From Marsupella aquatica (lineage: Eukaryota; Plantae; Marchantiophyta): a stretch of 64,000 nt of DNA. The stretch lies in NCBI GenBank assembly GCA_973895155.1, contig OZ316897.1, positions 8,517,832 through 8,581,831 of the forward strand, in the 5' to 3' direction. The position numbers and the translations under genes are program-made. This document shows positions 59,296 through 64,000 of the stretch, piece after piece. The notes under the pieces were generated by a model. It did no database searches and was not told the DNA's origin. It worked only from the letters and a program-made list of their open reading frames with translations. Within the stretch, counting starts at the first letter, position 1. Every line of letters starts with the position of its first letter.

Positions 59296-60648
59296 CTACT
59301 CTTTGGTTGCTGTCTCGAGCTCTGCCCTCGTCTCTGTCTCCAGCTCTGTTCTCGTCTCTATCTCCAGCTGTGGTTCAAACTCCTCACGAACAGGTCGGTT
59401 TCGAGATGGAGGATTGGCCGCCGATAATTCTTTAGTTTGGAATATATAGAGGGGCGCATCCAGTTCCCAGTCGTCACCTTCAGGTATAGTCATATCCTCA
59501 GGTAGGAGTCCTTTCTCTTCTAGTTCTTTGAACTGTTTCGAAGCAAAACCACAATGTGAAGATGTTAATGGTACACAAACGTCTGCATTTCTGTCTCCAA
59601 TAACTACAGAAACTTGAATGATTAGACACTGGAAAACTTCTATCCGGCTAAGCAATCGCTCTGATCCAAATTAAATGACCGAATTCATTTTCTCGCGCTA
59701 AGATATCAATTTAAGAAAGCTAATAGCCTTCGAGGAAATCTTCATCGACTAAGACATCGTTCTGGTCCACACAAGTTGCATTGAGCTGGAGTGGTGATTT
59801 TGAAACTATATCGGCGTAATTGCAACTTGACTATATACATTCACGTTGGGCTGAGAGTGAGTTCTTTTGATAAACTAAATAGGCGATAGATGAACTCTCA
59901 CTCGACTAAGAATTCGTTACTGTCTAATGCGGGTGACAGAATATATTCTGTAAGAACTTTGAATGACACTTTAGAGAACTGGCAGGCATCGAAGGAACTC
60001 ATACAATACTCGTCTCAGCTAAGGTTCTAGACTAACGCAGTAACGGAATCCGTTGTGTGAAAGACGAAAGTTAAATTCGAATGTCATAATTTCTTCTATT
60101 CTTAAACGAAATGCCACCTCGAATACGAAAATCGGCCTGGGATGGTCATGGACAGGAAAACTTGCCTCGGCGAGGGCTTCGACCTCAATTCTGATATTGA
60201 TGAGAATTCCCGTCACCACAGCAATACCTCCCATCAAACCGGCAACGCCCACGGCTTGAGCAACAGTGACCCAATACCCATCAATAGGCAGCGCCATCGT
60301 CACAATTCCATTTCCTCTTCCACTTCCTCTTGCTCGTCTCCTCTCCATCGAAGTTCCATTCCGCCATAACCTCTGCACTACAGAGCCTCTGGAGAAGCCC
60401 CGAACAGGCTCATCTGACAGGCACAGAGACGAAGACGAAGAAGAAGATAGGGGCAGAGGAGAGCAATCTCTTGTCGACTGCAATCTCAATCCGCCCACCA
60501 CCGCTCTTCCAGAGCGCCATCCAGAAGCGGAGGAGGAGGAGGAGGAGGAGCAGCAGCAGCAATCGGCCCGCTGTCCTTGAGAGAATGGCTTCGACGACGA
60601 GAAAGAGAAGCTCGCGATCACCGCCTTCTCGAGTGCTAGCGACGCCAT
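59296..60648 (-). CDS. Uncharacterised, probably plastid-targeted single-pass membrane protein, 239 aa
   Basis: Exons 60648-60166 and 59532-59296 are joined in phase 0 by a GC-AG intron (GAG|GCAAGT...TTCGAAACAG|TTC). It has an S/R-rich transit-like N-terminus, a hydrophobic helix VTVAQAVGVAGLMGGIAVVTGILI and an acidic C-terminus. Confidence 0.7.
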
Positions 60649-61149
60649 AGCCCTTCGAGAACTCTGGAGCTCACGTTTGTGTGAGTGAAGTCGAGCTTTC
60701 AATCAATCCTTCTCGTCGATCATCTACACTACACTGATTACTCAATCGTTACACCACTATTACGTGTGTATGTCCGACTTGTTACAGCGTAACACTTCAA
60801 TCCTTACACCATTTGATGCGTCACAGAATTTCAGAACCAAGTGAAGGCTCTAGAGAGATAATAAACTAATGCCATCTCCGTTTACACCATAAATAAATAA
60901 TATATATAATTAATTTTGATGAGAAGCTAGAGTTGGGGTCTAGGTTTCTATAGTGAAGCCTCTAGGACCCACCAAAATTTTAGGTGTGGATGGAAAAAAG
61001 AATGAGATATTAGAATGAGATATTATATATGTGTAAAGCCTTGTAACCTAGGGCTGGAAAAAGGTTCCCTCAAGAGAGGTTAGTTAAGTAGTTCTAGAGT
61101 GTAAGTCGCCCTCTTAAGCTAAGCATGACACTCATCAAGGGAGAAGACT

Positions 61150-62700
61150 GGTCCGGATACGTAATCCTGGCTTGGGTTTGTTGCTTCCCTGTGTTCCACC
61201 CCGACAAAAAATCTTATGAAGGTCAAGATAATATAATGGAAACCATCCCGTACTTTTTGGATGACGTCATTGGAAATTCCTCATTGAACTTTTGTCCCTC
61301 TTTGACGTCGTCCCATGTCCTAGGCAACGTTCGGTCCCAATGGCCGTTTGAGGCAACGAATGTGTCTATCCTTTGCCCTATAACTTTATCTTTGTGATGC
61401 GTCCTGAGCTTTCTGTCTGGCATTGCATCAGATTGCTTTCTGTTCCTTGCTTTAAACATTTTGGGTCTTTGCCACTATCGCTTGTGTTTGAGTCATTTTG
61501 CTGACCTGCAATGGATTGTGAAGGGAGAAGGTTCGCCTATGTTTGAAGTATGTTGCCGATGATTTTGGAAGAGGGTTTGGTTCCCATCACTGAACAGCCT
61601 GAGTGGACGCAAACCAGTGACTTCCAAAACCGGCTCAACCTTCCTCAGGACGAAGCAATTAGTCCTAGTGAGACGCTTATCCCATGGGTCAGGGATTCTC
61701 CGCCAAGGACATTTGAGGATAGGTTTACAGTTCACTGTCCACCTCCTCCCCATAGTCCGACTCAGGAGGCTAAAATGCGCACATAGGAAGTGCTTGGGCG
61801 GAGTGATTTCCATAATATCACCGCATTTGGCGAGGCGCCCCAAAGAGGTGTCAAGCGAAGGCCATCTGTGGCATACATCAGCATATGTGAGCACAGTTTC
61901 ATTCCCAATAGAGCCTGATCTGCAACTGGTATTGATGATGAGTGTGGATCATCTACGACTGAGCGGACTAGCGCCCAACACTAGTATGCTTGCTTCCACA
62001 ATGGAGACCCTTTGATATTAGGGACAATGGTCATGCGGTAGAAGACATTACTTTTCAGATTGTTCTCATGTGATTTGGTCGGATGAGATTTCTATTTAGT
62101 GACTATAGATCCATAATTGTTTTTTGTGATTGGGACATGCCTTTTCATATCTGTTTACGGATTAGAAAGTGGCATAGGATGCACTCATCCTGTAGATTTT
62201 TAATTTGGATCATTTTGAGTAGTCCACGGATCTCTTAGCCACTTTTGTAAGCGCCTATTTCTAGGCTCTAGTAACAGGGATATCCTAAAACCCTGATTTC
62301 ATGTACAATTTTCCAAATTTTATGTTATAAGCGACTAGCACTACCATACCGTCTGGCCCGATCAAGTTGAGTGGCATCAGATGCGTGTATTCTATGGATT
62401 TTTGATTTGCTTCAATTTAGAGTAGTACAGAGACCGCAGATCACTCAAAAACTTTTGTCAGCGCCTAGCGCTACCATCCGGCCAGATAAAGTTCCCATCA
62501 TATGAGTTTTTGGATTGTCAAGTGATAAGCTAATTGTATGGATTTGGTTCATTTTAAAGTCTAGATCTCTCAAGTACTTTTGTCAATGCCAGGCTCTGCC
62601 CTCTTGTTTTGGGGGATAACCTAAATCCCGGATGTCATGTACAATTCCCAAATTTTGTGTTACGAGCGCCTGGCGCTACTATCGAGCCAGGATATTTCTT
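61150..62700 (-). mobile_element. Decayed DNA-transposon-like region (transposase fragments + subterminal repeats)
   Basis: Broken minus-strand peptides THGIS, DGNQTL..RQHT and SDAMPDRK..RTLP resemble Sola-like transposase N-termini; AGCGCCTAGCGCTACCAT-like motifs recur at 62250-62680. Confidence 0.3.
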
Positions 62701-63077
62701 CTTCTTCAGATTTCCTGTAAAAGCCTCTTTGTATTGTCAAATATCTTTGTTCACCACAAAAAATATGGGCTAATCCTTGGACAAAATTTGGACTGTCCAG
62801 TTTGTTGTTTCTTGTCATAAGTTCCTGTTTTGGGTTTCCTATTTTCCTATCTTATGTAAATACCTCATCCTACCTATCAGGGAGAGAATCTCTGAAATTG
62901 ATCCTAGTTATCTAGGAGAGGTTCTCCGAGATTGATCCTATCTATCTTGGAGAGCCTCTCCAAGATGGTAATTGGGACACATTTTCAAACTATCTCGGAG
63001 AGACTTCTACTGAAAAAAGCCTTAAAAATGTGAATGACATGAACTTACTGCTTTTTTGCTTGACGCCATGTAGCAGG

Positions 63078-63383
63078 GTGTGTTCTCGGAGGGTTAACTA
63101 AGTGTATATTTTGGGGTACCATGTGCGATCCTAGCCTAATATAAATAGACCTATTTTATAAAGAAAACATTCCAAGAATATTCTCTATAATTTTCAACAT
63201 TAATAACCTATTTTACTTTATAAAAGGTATATATTAGAGAATATTCTATAAACATGAGCTTATAATACCTTTGTTTGTCTCTTACGCTTTTTAAAAAATT
63301 AGTTAATTTCTATCAAAAATACCTATTTTGGATCGCACGTGGTTCCTAAGATTTTTGATAGTCAACCTTCCAAGGGCGTGTCA
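63078..63383. mobile_element. MITE, ~300 bp, ~50-bp degenerate TIRs, AT-rich core
   Basis: CTCGGAGGGTTAACTA...GGTACCATGTGCGATCC vs reverse complement of GGATCGCACGTGGTTCC...TAGTCAACCTTCCAAG. Confidence 0.65.
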
Positions 63384-64000
63384 TTCCAAATGGTGAATGA
63401 GTCAATGTGATCTAACTTCTCAGCCCAGTCAATGTGAAGGTACTCAAAGATTTTACCTATTTGGACAAATGAACCACCATGCACGATGCACATGAAACCG
63501 TTGTTTGTGAGTAGAGAGTCAGCCAATGTCGTCGCCACCTCTAGGTTACTGAGCCAAAATCTAAGCCAAACCAGAACATTGTTTTCAGCCTAATATAGGC
63601 GATAATTTGACCCTAACTGAAGAAATATCATATCACAGCCATGGCCCTTAGGTACACCATCGACTGTCCAACCTTGTTTCCAAAAACCGGCCAACTTCAA
63701 TTTCTTACACCATTCCCTAAATTCCCTCATGAATGGAGGGAGAGACAGGTTTTTTGTGTGGTTGGCTCATATTTCTCCTTCAACCAAGAAGAACACTCTA
63801 GTACTAAGGTCATATGCTCTTTTGCATGGCAAAATAGGAGAGCGGATTTAATAGCATGTTAGGGCCAAGGTACTCCAACAATTTTGCAAAGATCATAGTC
63901 CGGAAGAAGCGGGGCTTCTGTTGAAACTGTCTTCTTTAGTTTGTCAAGTATGTAGTGGGACCGCAAAATAAGACCAATCCTTAGCACTACCCTGCGTCTT

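Overview
Eukaryotic land-plant nuclear DNA, probably bryophyte-grade. This is inferred from a DNA-binding-domain-less non-canonical ARF, short introns and the TE types present; the species cannot be determined from the sequence. About 1-21 kb is a CpG-depleted transposon graveyard. It holds a young, TSD-flanked CRE-type (restriction-like endonuclease) non-LTR retrotransposon with an older copy beside it, a Ty1/copia remnant primed by a half tRNA-Ile, a TIR DNA transposon, L1 debris, MITEs, tandem repeats and one CpG-rich palindrome island. About 21.6-61 kb is genic. It contains ncARF (+, Q-rich middle region plus PB1, no B3 domain, ~2 kb leader) converging on a 21-exon EAF1 gene (-, NuA4 scaffold). 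On the minus strand follow a CGR1/CCDC86-like gene, a stand-alone BRCT ORF, an intronless ISA2 and an unknown plastid-targeted single-TM protein with a GC-AG intron; a USP (PHOS32-like) pseudogene fragment lies on the plus strand. The main leads are the recent RLE-type retrotransposon insertion, the EAF1 start region (conserved peptide upstream of the first in-frame AUG, an AUG-stop uORF and an overlapping uORF), a BRCT micro-protein whose start codon comes from a minisatellite, and an intron flanked by a 10-bp direct repeat. Exon models were built by eye from splice signals and frame continuity. Family assignments rest on recalled motifs, not database searches.
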